From Candidatus Latescibacterota bacterium (GTDB taxonomy: Bacteria > Latescibacterota > UBA2968), in assembly GCA_965205975.1 (NCBI GenBank), contig OZ242195.1, positions 3,264,001 to 3,328,000 of the forward strand: 64,000 bases of DNA, in the 5' to 3' direction. The notes under the pieces were generated by a model. It saw nothing but the letters and a program-made list of their open reading frames with translations, did no database searches and was not told the DNA's origin. The number at the start of each line of letters is the position of its first letter. The stretch's first letter is position 1. Position numbers and translations under genes: made by a program. Of this stretch, positions 18,964 to 27,723 are shown piece after piece.

Positions 18964-21183
18964 TCAGTTGAGCTTTTTGCCAAAGTGATTGACAAAGATG
19001 AGAAAATCCGATATACCGACCACACCATCGCCATCGATATCGTATTTGGGATCGGATGTTCCAAAAGCACTCACTAAAAGGAGAAAATCGGCAATAGCGA
19101 TTACGCCATTGCCGTCAAAATCCGATCTGGCTTCCTCAGAAAGCGGCTGGACAATTCCAGAAATCCTCAGCGTATGCGCCGCGCGATCCGGATCATTGCT
19201 CAAAATATTGATAAGCCCCGAAAACGTGCCCACCATGGATTCGGGAAACGTAATCGTAATCGTGCGTGAACTATTGGGTGCCAATGTGAACATCGTAGTA
19301 TCAAACGTCAAACCCGACACATCGCTTTCAATACCCGTAATCTCCAACGGCGCAGTACCCGTATTCGTAATCGTAAAAGTCTTCTGAGCCGTCTTTTCAG
19401 CATCAATACTCCCGAAATCAATTGCGGGTGTCCCCACAACCAGCATCGGCACAGGTTCCGTCTGCACGGTCACAGAAACGGATAAGGTCTGGGTTGCAGT
19501 ATTTGGATCATTACTCGAAATCGTGATAGTACCCGAAAACTCGCCCACCGTCGAACTCGGAAACGCAATCGTCACCGTCTGCGAACCGCCAGGTGCCAGC
19601 GTGAACGTCGTAGTATCAAACGTCAAACCAGACACATCACTCTCAATACCTGTTATCTCCAAATCTGCGGTACCCGTATTTGTAATCACAATCGTCTGCT
19701 GAACCGATTGGGCAAACGCAACAGTACCGAAATCAACTGCCGTTTGCTGCACAGAGATCGCTGGCGCGGGGGGCGGTTGAACTGTGATAGAAACGGATAA
19801 GGTCTGGGTTGCAGTATTCGGATCATTACTCGAAATCGTGATAGTACCCGAAAATGTACCCTCCGTCGAACTCGGAAACCTGATCGTCACTGTCTTCGAA
19901 GCATCAGATTCCAGTGTAAACATCGTAGTATCAAACGTCAAACCCGACACATCACTTGTAATACCCGTAATATTTAAGGACGCAGTACCCGTATTCGTAA
20001 TCGCAATCGTTTCCCGACCAGTTTGACCCACGACAATAGGATCGAAATTAACTGCTGTTTGCCGAACACTGATCGCAGGCACAGGCGGCGGTTGGACTAT
20101 GATAGACACGGATAATGTGCTTGTTGCACTATTCGGATCATTGCTCGAAATAGTGATATTACCCGAAAACGTGCCCTCCGTCGAACTCGGAAACGTAATC
20201 GTCACCGTCTGTGAACCGTTGGGTTCCAGCGAGAACATCGTAGTATCAAACGTCAAACCAGACACATCACTCTCGATACCCGTAATCTGCAGCGTTGCAG
20301 TACCCGTATTCTCAATCGTAATTGTCTGTTCACCTGTTTGACCCGCGACAATAGGATCGAAATTAACTCTCTCCTGCACGGAAATCGCTGGCACAGGGGG
20401 CGGTTGCACGCTCACAGAAACGGATAATGTGCTTGTTGCACTATTCGGATCATTACTCGAAATAGTGATATTACCCGAAAACGTACCCTCTGCAGAACTC
20501 GGAAATGTAATCGTCACCGTCTGCGAACCGTTGGGTTCCAGTGTGAACATCGTAGTATCAAAAGTTAGACCCGACACATCGCTCTGAATACCTGTAATTT
20601 CCAGCGTTGCAGTACCCGTATTCGTAATCGTAATCGTCTCTTGACCCGTTTGGCCTGCGTCAATAGTGCCGAAATCAACTCTCTCCTGCACGGAAATCTC
20701 CGGTGCAGGTGATGGTATTTGCGCCAACAGTTCATTAACCTTGGCTATTGCGTTACTCCGGACAGTGGAGGAACTCAAACTGCGACCCGAAAACGCCACA
20801 GTCCCATCTGGATCAACGACAACGAGATCCTCACGACTAAAACCTGTGCCACTTGCGGATAGAAGCAATGGAAAGGTGACTGTCGCACGGCTGCCAAAAT
20901 TCTCAAGCTGAGTCTTATTGCCATTATAAACATCAAGACCGAGCATGGCAACATTGGAGTTACTGCTATAATTTCCCCATAAACTTTCGAGTGACGGACC
21001 CGCCGCTATACAGGTCGGTCAGTTATACCCGATGACCGCAAGTATGAGCACCTGACCGCGATAGTCAGAGGCGCTATATGTACTGCCGTCGGTGCCTGTT
21101 AGAGAAAAATTAACTGTTTGTGCAGAGGCAGACCCAACGAGCAAAAGCAGAATCATCGGGATGGACAATAGATATTTGCGCAT
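18964..21183 (-). CDS. Probable exported selenoprotein paralogue: signal peptide, redoxin (UxxC) domain, 5 Ig-like repeats, dockerin/EF-hand-like tail; 739 aa with Sec at TGA 21019-21021
   Basis: ATG 21183 after AAGGA; ...GQVLILAVIGYN-TGA-PTCIAAGPSLESLWGNYSSNSNVAMLGLD joins ORFs 21019..21312 and 18964..20946 in one frame. Confidence 0.85.
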
Positions 21184-21363
21184 GGCATTTATCCTTATAT
21201 ATTGGTGCAAGTGAAGATATATTAAGTGATGGTGCAGTGGACGGTCAAAACCTTCTGGATCGCGGCTCAACTTCATGCCGCGATGACGGCTCTCCTGTAC
21301 TATAGGTATCAACGCTTAAATCTAACAGAAGTTTCTCCACAGGTCAACCACAAGGAGTGAGCG

Positions 21364-22203
21364 ATGGGCATCCTCACAGAACAAAAAAAATCGTTCTTTG
21401 ACACCTTTGGATTTCTCGCATTTCCGGAGTTATTGTCAGATTGCATCGACGAAATTATCGATGCATTTGAAACGGTATGGGCACAACGGGGTGGTGGACA
21501 CAACGGGCAACCGCATGACGGCAAACGTCGATCGTGTATTGTGCCATTTATCGACCAGCACGAACGACTGTGCGCCCTCTTAGATGATCCGCGAATAAAA
21601 GAAATTCTGGTCGGCTTACTCGATGAAAATTTCAACTACATGGGATCAGACGGAAATTATTATGCCGGAGACACGCAATGGCATTCGGATGGCTGGGGCA
21701 AGGAAATACGATTTGTAAAAATCGCCCTGTACCTGGATCCCCTAACGCGCGACACGGGCTGTCTGCGCGTCATCCCCGGGAGTCACCATCTCAAAGATCA
21801 ATATGCAAATAATGTCGAAAACACCGTCCGAAATTCCCCAGATCAATGGGGCATACACGGACCAGATGTACCTGCACTACCACTGGAAACCAATCCCGGC
21901 GACGTCGTCTTATTTAATCACAACTTAAAACACGCGGCCTTTGGAGGCAGTCCACGTCGGCGGATGTTCACCATCAACTGCAGCGAACGCTTCCCTGAAG
22001 ATGAAGAACATATTGACCTATTAAAAACACAGATTGCCGCACGCGCGCGGTTCTGGAACGATCGCGCTTATGGAAAAATCATGCTCGCAACCGCTGGACC
22101 CGAACGCAAAAAACATCTGGAACAAGTCATAGCACACGACGACCACCTCGCCGAACTCTCAGCCCGCGCAAGAGAAGAAATGCCCGAGCCATCGCGAGGA
22201 TAA
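21364..22203 (+). CDS. PhyH-family Fe(II)/2-oxoglutarate dioxygenase
   Basis: WHSD, GCLRVIPGSH, GDVVLFNHNLKH facial-triad motifs. Confidence 0.9.
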   Translation: MGILTEQKKSFFDTFGFLAFPELLSDCIDEIIDAFETVWAQRGGGHNGQPHDGKRRSCIVPFIDQHERLCALLDDPRIKEILVGLLDENFNYMGSDGNYYAGDTQWHSDGWGKEIRFVKIALYLDPLTRDTGCLRVIPGSHHLKDQYANNVENTVRNSPDQWGIHGPDVPALPLETNPGDVVLFNHNLKHAAFGGSPRRRMFTINCSERFPEDEEHIDLLKTQIAARARFWNDRAYGKIMLATAGPERKKHLEQVIAHDDHLAELSARAREEMPEPSRG

Positions 22204-22292
22204 CGGGTTCTGTCGCGTTTAGATTACTGGATTGCGGCTCAAAACCATGCCGCAATGACGAGTGTCAGAATGTCCACCTATTAAAAACCCAC

Positions 22293-22329
22293 AAAGCCCT
22301 GTGATCTCGAATCGCGGGGCTTTTTTTTA
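22293..22329 (+). terminator. Intrinsic terminator after the phyH-like gene
   Basis: AAAGCCCTGTGAT...ATCGCGGGGC followed by T9. Confidence 0.7.
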
Positions 22330-22493
22330 TTTAGGAATCCGTGCTTTCGAGTCACATATATATAGCGGGTGGAAAAACAAGCGGACAGCGGTCAGTAGTC
22401 AGTGGTCAGCTAAAAATTTTCTGGATCGCGGCTCAAAATCATGCCGCGATGACAGACCGTCCCCAGCACAACAATCGTCTATCCGGAGTCATA

Positions 22494-24380
22494 ATGAGCA
22501 AACGCGATGCAGAACAAGTGCAAAAAGTATTGTCTGGCGACCAGGCTGCTTACGAACCGCTGGTCAAGGCGTATCAAGGACGCATCTATGCCTTCGTGGC
22601 TGGTCGAACCCGCAACTTTTCCGCGACAGAAGACATCGTACAAAATGCGTTTGTGGAGGCATATATGCACCTCAAGTCTCTAAAATCGCCCGAAAAATTC
22701 TCAGGTTGGCTGCGGGGAATTGCACTCAATCTATCGAACAAATGGCTTCAACAAAAACGCCCAGTCGTCTCAATGGACGACACATCACAAGATGTGACAC
22801 CTGAAATATCGGAATTTCCATTGCCAGACCTACCCGACGAAGCACTGGAAAAAACCGAAACAAAAGAAGCCGTCATAGCCGCTATTGATACATTGCCAGA
22901 CATTTATCGGGAAGCGGTATTGCTCCACTACATGGAAGGCATGACCTATCCCGAAATCGCAGCCTTTCTCGACATCCCCGAAAGCACAGTAACCGGACGC
23001 CTTCAGGTTGCGCGCAATCGCTTGCGCGACGAATTGATGCCGCTGGTAGAAGACACGCTCCGCGAAAAACGTCCAACACCTCAATTAACGCGCAAAATAA
23101 TGGCCGCATTACCCCCGCTATTGTACGCAGTGCCAACGCAGGCGAGCCTGCTCGCCAAACTGAAAGGAACAGGCATGATAAAAATAATGGGTATCATCGG
23201 CGCAGGAATCGCGGGAACGGGATTGTATTTTGGTGGGATTTCGGCAGTATGGAATTTAGGACAAGAAAACACTGAGCCATCCCAGGTGCCCCAAATACAG
23301 CTCGAATTGGAAAACCTCGCTCAAAATGAGCAATCCGTTCCTGAGAAAACTAACGAAACAGAGGGCGTAGAATCTTCGCCACAAGAAGTCCAATCCGATT
23401 CCAATACAAGTGGCGACACACAAACAGAAAAACTGGACTTCAGAATGGAAACTTCGCCACAAGATTCACTGGTAAAAATAGTGTACTGGATCCCAGAAAC
23501 GATTTATTCAGACTCCGTCTTTGCAGAAATTGATTTCTTCAATATTCACGGTGCAAGGGCTGCCAAGCCGGTCAAAAAAACACACGCACCCGGCTCTTAT
23601 ACGGCGTTTTTATCCAAACGGGGATTGCCTGATGGCAGATACCTGGTAAGGTTATCCGCAACACAGCAATCCCTGAAAGAACATCAAGAGGTACATCACG
23701 CATTGGAGTTGGTCTGGAGATACAGATATCAATATGAAGGCAATGTACAACAAAAGATGGACTTTAAAATAGTAAGTTCGCCGGGGGATTCAATAATGGA
23801 AATTGCGTATTGGATTCCAGAAACGATTTATTCAGACCCTGTCTTTGTAGAACTCGATTTCTATAACAGTCACGGTGCAAGGGCTGCCAAGCCGGTCAAT
23901 AAAACACACGCACCCGGTTCTTACACGGCGTTCTTGCCTAAACGGGGACTTCCCGACGGAACATACTTTGTGAGATTAAGAGCAGATCGGTCAGAAGAAA
24001 ATGCGGAGCGACGCTCATTGAAGCTGATTTGGCCATACAGAAATCAACCAGAACCCAAAGACCCAATAGACTTCAAAATAGAAACTTCGCCACAAGATTC
24101 ACTGGTGAAAATCGCGTATTCGATTTCGGAAATGTTTTCTTCACACCCCGTCTTTGTAGAAATCATTTTCTTCAATAATCAGAATATGATGGTAGCCAGG
24201 CCGGTCAACAAAACACACGCTTCCGGTTCTTATACAGCATTCTTATCCAAACGGGGGTTACCTGATGGAACATACTGGGTGAAGATGACAGCCGGACGAG
24301 ATTTCACATTACAGGGATCTCCTCATTCTCCTTATACCGTGCGTCGCAGAGAGAATCTAATCTGGACAAAAAGAAAGTGA
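22494..24380 (+). CDS. ECF sigma factor fused to a TM helix and three tandem T9SS-CTD/FlgD-Ig-like repeats
   Basis: Sigma region 2 (EDIVQNAFVEAY, FSGWLRGI) and region 4 (YPEIAAFLDIPESTVTGRL); TM IMGIIGAGIAGTGLYFGGI; three repeats DF.I.TSP.DS...KPV.KTHAPGSYTAFL.KRGLPDG.Y.V. Confidence 0.85.
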   Translation: MSKRDAEQVQKVLSGDQAAYEPLVKAYQGRIYAFVAGRTRNFSATEDIVQNAFVEAYMHLKSLKSPEKFSGWLRGIALNLSNKWLQQKRPVVSMDDTSQDVTPEISEFPLPDLPDEALEKTETKEAVIAAIDTLPDIYREAVLLHYMEGMTYPEIAAFLDIPESTVTGRLQVARNRLRDELMPLVEDTLREKRPTPQLTRKIMAALPPLLYAVPTQASLLAKLKGTGMIKIMGIIGAGIAGTGLYFGGISAVWNLGQENTEPSQVPQIQLELENLAQNEQSVPEKTNETEGVESSPQEVQSDSNTSGDTQTEKLDFRMETSPQDSLVKIVYWIPETIYSDSVFAEIDFFNIHGARAAKPVKKTHAPGSYTAFLSKRGLPDGRYLVRLSATQQSLKEHQEVHHALELVWRYRYQYEGNVQQKMDFKIVSSPGDSIMEIAYWIPETIYSDPVFVELDFYNSHGARAAKPVNKTHAPGSYTAFLPKRGLPDGTYFVRLRADRSEENAERRSLKLIWPYRNQPEPKDPIDFKIETSPQDSLVKIAYSISEMFSSHPVFVEIIFFNNQNMMVARPVNKTHASGSYTAFLSKRGLPDGTYWVKMTAGRDFTLQGSPHSPYTVRRRENLIWTKRK

Positions 24381-24387
24381 GGTCAGC

Positions 24388-25671
24388 ATGTATTTCAACA
24401 AGTGCAAACTGGTAGCAAGTCTGGCAATATGTCTAATTGCATATTCCCCGTGTCTTGCACAACAGCCAACCCATTCCAAAGAAGAAATGAATCGCTTTAA
24501 TCAATTTAGGAGCGGATACCCTCCCGAGACCACAGAGCAGTATTGGGAAGGCATTCGGGGATTGGAGCAACTGCTTGCAGATTATCCCAATACCTTTTTG
24601 AAAGGCGACATCTCCATCACCCTGTTGGGTTATTACCAACACGTCACCGATGATCCACACCTGTTGATTGAACTCTCTGAAAAAATGCTCGCATCGCAAA
24701 TGTATTCCAGCGGCGCTTACCAAACGGCTGCTCGGGTACTCGTAGATAAGAAAGTTCGATCTGATAAAACGCTTCTATATGCACAAAACGCATTAAAAGA
24801 AGCATTGCAGAACCAGGAAAAATGGGGGAATAATGGTCGAGGAGAACTCATCTGTCGCGATCTATTGGCGCGTGCTCATCAACTCCTTGGACAACACGAC
24901 CGTGCTGTCCAAAAAATAAAAACCGCGATACGCGGTTGGCAAACCCGAGAAGATTTAGGCGACCTGGAACTGGCATCTCGGCAGGCATCAGTAGATAGGG
25001 CAAAGACCCACTTGCTTCGGATCTATAACGACCAAAAAGCATGGACAGAGGCTTATGAACTCGCCTCAGAACTATTGCTCACGTCGGTCATCCGCACGGA
25101 TATAGCAGAACTGTGGAGCCAGGCTTATGTTGGCAAGCAAGGCTCAGGTGCAGGAATGAGCAAAGCATACGCTGCCTTAAAATCCGAGTGGGATAAGAAA
25201 ATTATCCAACGCGTCGAAAAAAAACGCATATCACGCCCTGCACCGGCCTTTGAAGTCCAAAAGCTGAACGGTGAAAAAATCATTTCAGAGGACTTAAAAG
25301 GCAAAGCTGTGGTACTAACATTTTGGGCGGGATGGTGTAGCCCGTGCATTGAAGAACTGCCCTATCTTCAAAAGCTCAAAGCGCAATTTCTCAAGCAAAA
25401 TGTCGAATTTTTAGCTGTAAATATCGACCAAGACAGCTCAATGCGCCGGGATATGGTCGCCAGCTTTCGCTACCAGACCGCACCGCTCTTAACCTTTGCA
25501 TTGGGCGATCTGGAAATGCGAAAAGCGTTTGGATCCGCCGAGATTCCATATACCTGTATCATCGACCAGAACGGACAGATTCGGTATGAACGCAAGGGAT
25601 TGGGTGCAGATTTCAGCGTGGCAATGGCACATCAAGTGCAATGGGTCATCGGAATGGGTGAAGCACAGTGA
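24388..25671 (+). CDS. Secreted TPR-like plus TlpA-family thiol-disulfide oxidoreductase
   Basis: Signal peptide; helical N-terminal region; APAFEV...LKGKAVVLTFWAGWCSPCIEELP. Confidence 0.88.
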   Translation: MYFNKCKLVASLAICLIAYSPCLAQQPTHSKEEMNRFNQFRSGYPPETTEQYWEGIRGLEQLLADYPNTFLKGDISITLLGYYQHVTDDPHLLIELSEKMLASQMYSSGAYQTAARVLVDKKVRSDKTLLYAQNALKEALQNQEKWGNNGRGELICRDLLARAHQLLGQHDRAVQKIKTAIRGWQTREDLGDLELASRQASVDRAKTHLLRIYNDQKAWTEAYELASELLLTSVIRTDIAELWSQAYVGKQGSGAGMSKAYAALKSEWDKKIIQRVEKKRISRPAPAFEVQKLNGEKIISEDLKGKAVVLTFWAGWCSPCIEELPYLQKLKAQFLKQNVEFLAVNIDQDSSMRRDMVASFRYQTAPLLTFALGDLEMRKAFGSAEIPYTCIIDQNGQIRYERKGLGADFSVAMAHQVQWVIGMGEAQ

Positions 25672-25740
25672 TCAGGAGGAAAAAAAGGAGCTCGGGAGCG
25701 AAAGCAGATTATGAGTAGCGAATTGAGAGGAGATGCTATT

Positions 25741-25911
25741 ATGAAAAAACCGATATCTACTTATGAGCGACTGATGCAAGATCCACAGTTTAGAGAAGAA
25801 TACAAAAAGGAATACAAAAAATTGGCTCTTTCGGAATTGCTTCTGGCACTCATGGAAGGGGATGACAAATCGGTCCGAAAATTGGCAAAAGAAGCGGGTT
25901 CATTGATATAA
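25741..25911 (+). pseudogene. Truncated HTH antitoxin-like (HigA/XRE) fragment
   Basis: MKKPISTYERLMQDPQFREEY...SVRKLAKEAG stops inside the HTH. Confidence 0.5.
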
Positions 25912-25944
25912 ACTACTACTTGTAGCGTAATTAAAAATAGAAAT

Positions 25945-26343
25945 TCACCAAATGGTTTTAACTTCTGATTGTTGAATTCGATAATCTGTTGTGACAAGTG
26001 GTAGGCCGAGGTGCTGTGCTGTTGCTGCAATCATACGATCTGGCATATCGGGTATTTGATCGCGTGGGATATTTTCCAACTGTTCTGCAATCGCAAGATC
26101 AAAAGGGGCAACTTTGAATCCCGAATCGGATCGGTGCAATGTAGCTTTCAAATCAATCAAATTCTGTCGAGGCAATCGATTTTTCTCAGTCAAGTATATA
26201 ACCTCGACAATTGTTACTGATGACACATAGACTGGATGACCCGATGTAATTGCCTCTCGAATAGCCTGACGCGCAACAGATGAGAGGTCTGATGACCGTG
26301 CTAAGAACCAGATAAATGAATGCGTATCTACAACCAGAGACAT
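25945..26343 (-). CDS. PIN-domain (VapC-like) toxin
   Basis: VVDTHSFIW, PDMPDRMIAATA, LVTTD. Confidence 0.9.
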   Translation of the reverse strand: MSLVVDTHSFIWFLARSSDLSSVARQAIREAITSGHPVYVSSVTIVEVIYLTEKNRLPRQNLIDLKATLHRSDSGFKVAPFDLAIAEQLENIPRDQIPDMPDRMIAATAQHLGLPLVTTDYRIQQSEVKTIW

Positions 26344-26348
26344 TGCGC

Positions 26349-26615
26349 CTAATCCTTTGAACCAAATTTATGCCACATCTCTTTTCGGGCTTCGGCTATG
26401 TCTCGAGCGGTTATTGGATCCATCTGATCCCACAAGCCTTCGGGATTAAAGAGCTTGCCTTGATCAAATTCAGACGAATCTGGTGCGTTTGCCATAGGAA
26501 CGAGTTGAAAGGCCGAACCATCTTCCTGCGTAATAAACACTTTCTTTCCATTGGCCGCTTCTTTGACTAATGCTGCAAGACAGTTTTCCGCCTCTGTAAG
26601 ATTAATTTTGTGCAT
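26349..26615 (-). CDS. Phd/YefM-like antitoxin
   Basis: INLTEAENCLAALVKEAANGKKVFIT; directly upstream of the PIN gene. Confidence 0.8.
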   Translation of the reverse strand: MHKINLTEAENCLAALVKEAANGKKVFITQEDGSAFQLVPMANAPDSSEFDQGKLFNPEGLWDQMDPITARDIAEARKEMWHKFGSKD

Positions 26616-26779
26616 ATTCTCATCCCTTCGGTATTCTCTAACGGCTGAGCGTTGTTCCCAGATGGTAATTATCCTCAAAAACAAAAAGTGTAGCAATAGC
26701 GCGATTTTGTCAACCGCATTTCAAAATAGTTCCTACTCACTCCAAAGAACATATGAATCGGTTTTGCTTTTAAAATTTC

Positions 26780-27709
26780 CTAATTATTGAGAATCTCATC
26801 AATCTCCGCCATCTCCTCATCACTGAGGTCCCAGCCAACCGTCGCGGCATTTGCCGTAACCTGCTCGGGCGTGGTAGCCCCGGCAATCACAGAGCACACA
26901 CAGGGATTGGCGAGAAGCCATGCAAAAGCCAGATCGAGAATCGTGTGATCGCGTTCCCGTGCAAATTCTTCCAACGCCTCCAGAATATCAAAATTCTTAT
27001 CCGTGAACATACCGCGGTCGCCCTCTGCCAAACGCGTGCCCTCGGGCGCTGATTCATCCCGGCGATACTTACCCGTAAGAAAACCACTGGCAAGGGGAAA
27101 ATAGGGCAAAATGCCAATACCGTAAGACTTGCAAAACGGCACAAGCTCTGCTTCAACCTCGCGGTCGAGCATACTATAGCGGGGTTGCACAGTCGAAAAC
27201 GCAACCAGATTCTTTGCGCGCGAAGTCCATATCGCCTCGCAGACCTCCCACGCCATAAAATTGGAACAGCCGATATAGCGCACCTTGCCCTGAGCAACGA
27301 GATAGTCAAGCGCGTGCAAAGTCTCCTCAATAGGCGTATTGGAATCCGTCTGGTGAATCTGATAAAGGTCAATATAATCCGTATTGAGACGTCTGAGACT
27401 CTCCTCCACCTCTTTGAGAATATGGTAACGCGAATTGCCGCGCATATTCGGTCCATCCCCCATACTCATCGACACCTTAGTCGCCAGAATAAACGCATCG
27501 CGCTTACCCTTAATCGCCCGGCCAATATAGGACTCCGACAGCGACCCCCCGTACATATTAGCCGTATCGATCAACGTAATACCCTCATCCAGCGCCCGAC
27601 CCATAACACGCGCCGTAGCCCTGGCGTCGAGGCGCCTGCCAAAATTATTCGTACCCAACCCAATAGCCGAAACCTGAAGCCCTGAATTGCCGAGTTGCCG
27701 ATATTCCAT
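26780..27709 (-). CDS. Aldo/keto reductase
   Basis: LGNSGLQVSAIGLG, DTANMY, SLRRLNTDYIDLYQIH, GKVRYIGCSN. Confidence 0.95.
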   Translation of the reverse strand: MEYRQLGNSGLQVSAIGLGTNNFGRRLDARATARVMGRALDEGITLIDTANMYGGSLSESYIGRAIKGKRDAFILATKVSMSMGDGPNMRGNSRYHILKEVEESLRRLNTDYIDLYQIHQTDSNTPIEETLHALDYLVAQGKVRYIGCSNFMAWEVCEAIWTSRAKNLVAFSTVQPRYSMLDREVEAELVPFCKSYGIGILPYFPLASGFLTGKYRRDESAPEGTRLAEGDRGMFTDKNFDILEALEEFARERDHTILDLAFAWLLANPCVCSVIAGATTPEQVTANAATVGWDLSDEEMAEIDEILNN

Positions 27710-27723
27710 TTTAAAACTCCTCC

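Noticed and set aside
16994..20946. Diversity-generating retroelement template/variable repeat pair
   Set aside because: The repeats are in-frame protein domains, differences are not visibly adenine-specific, and no reverse transcriptase is in the window.
18743..21021. Reading the two TGA codons as nonsense mutations (pseudogenes) or as genome-wide UGA=Trp/Gly recoding
   Set aside because: The TGA falls at the same catalytic CxxC position in both diverged paralogues with intact downstream frames. Other genes end in TGA and use TGG for Trp.
21184..21312. N-terminal 43 aa of track ORF 21019..21312
   Set aside because: It runs through a REP-like element. ATG 21183 has an RBS and matches the paralogue's start.
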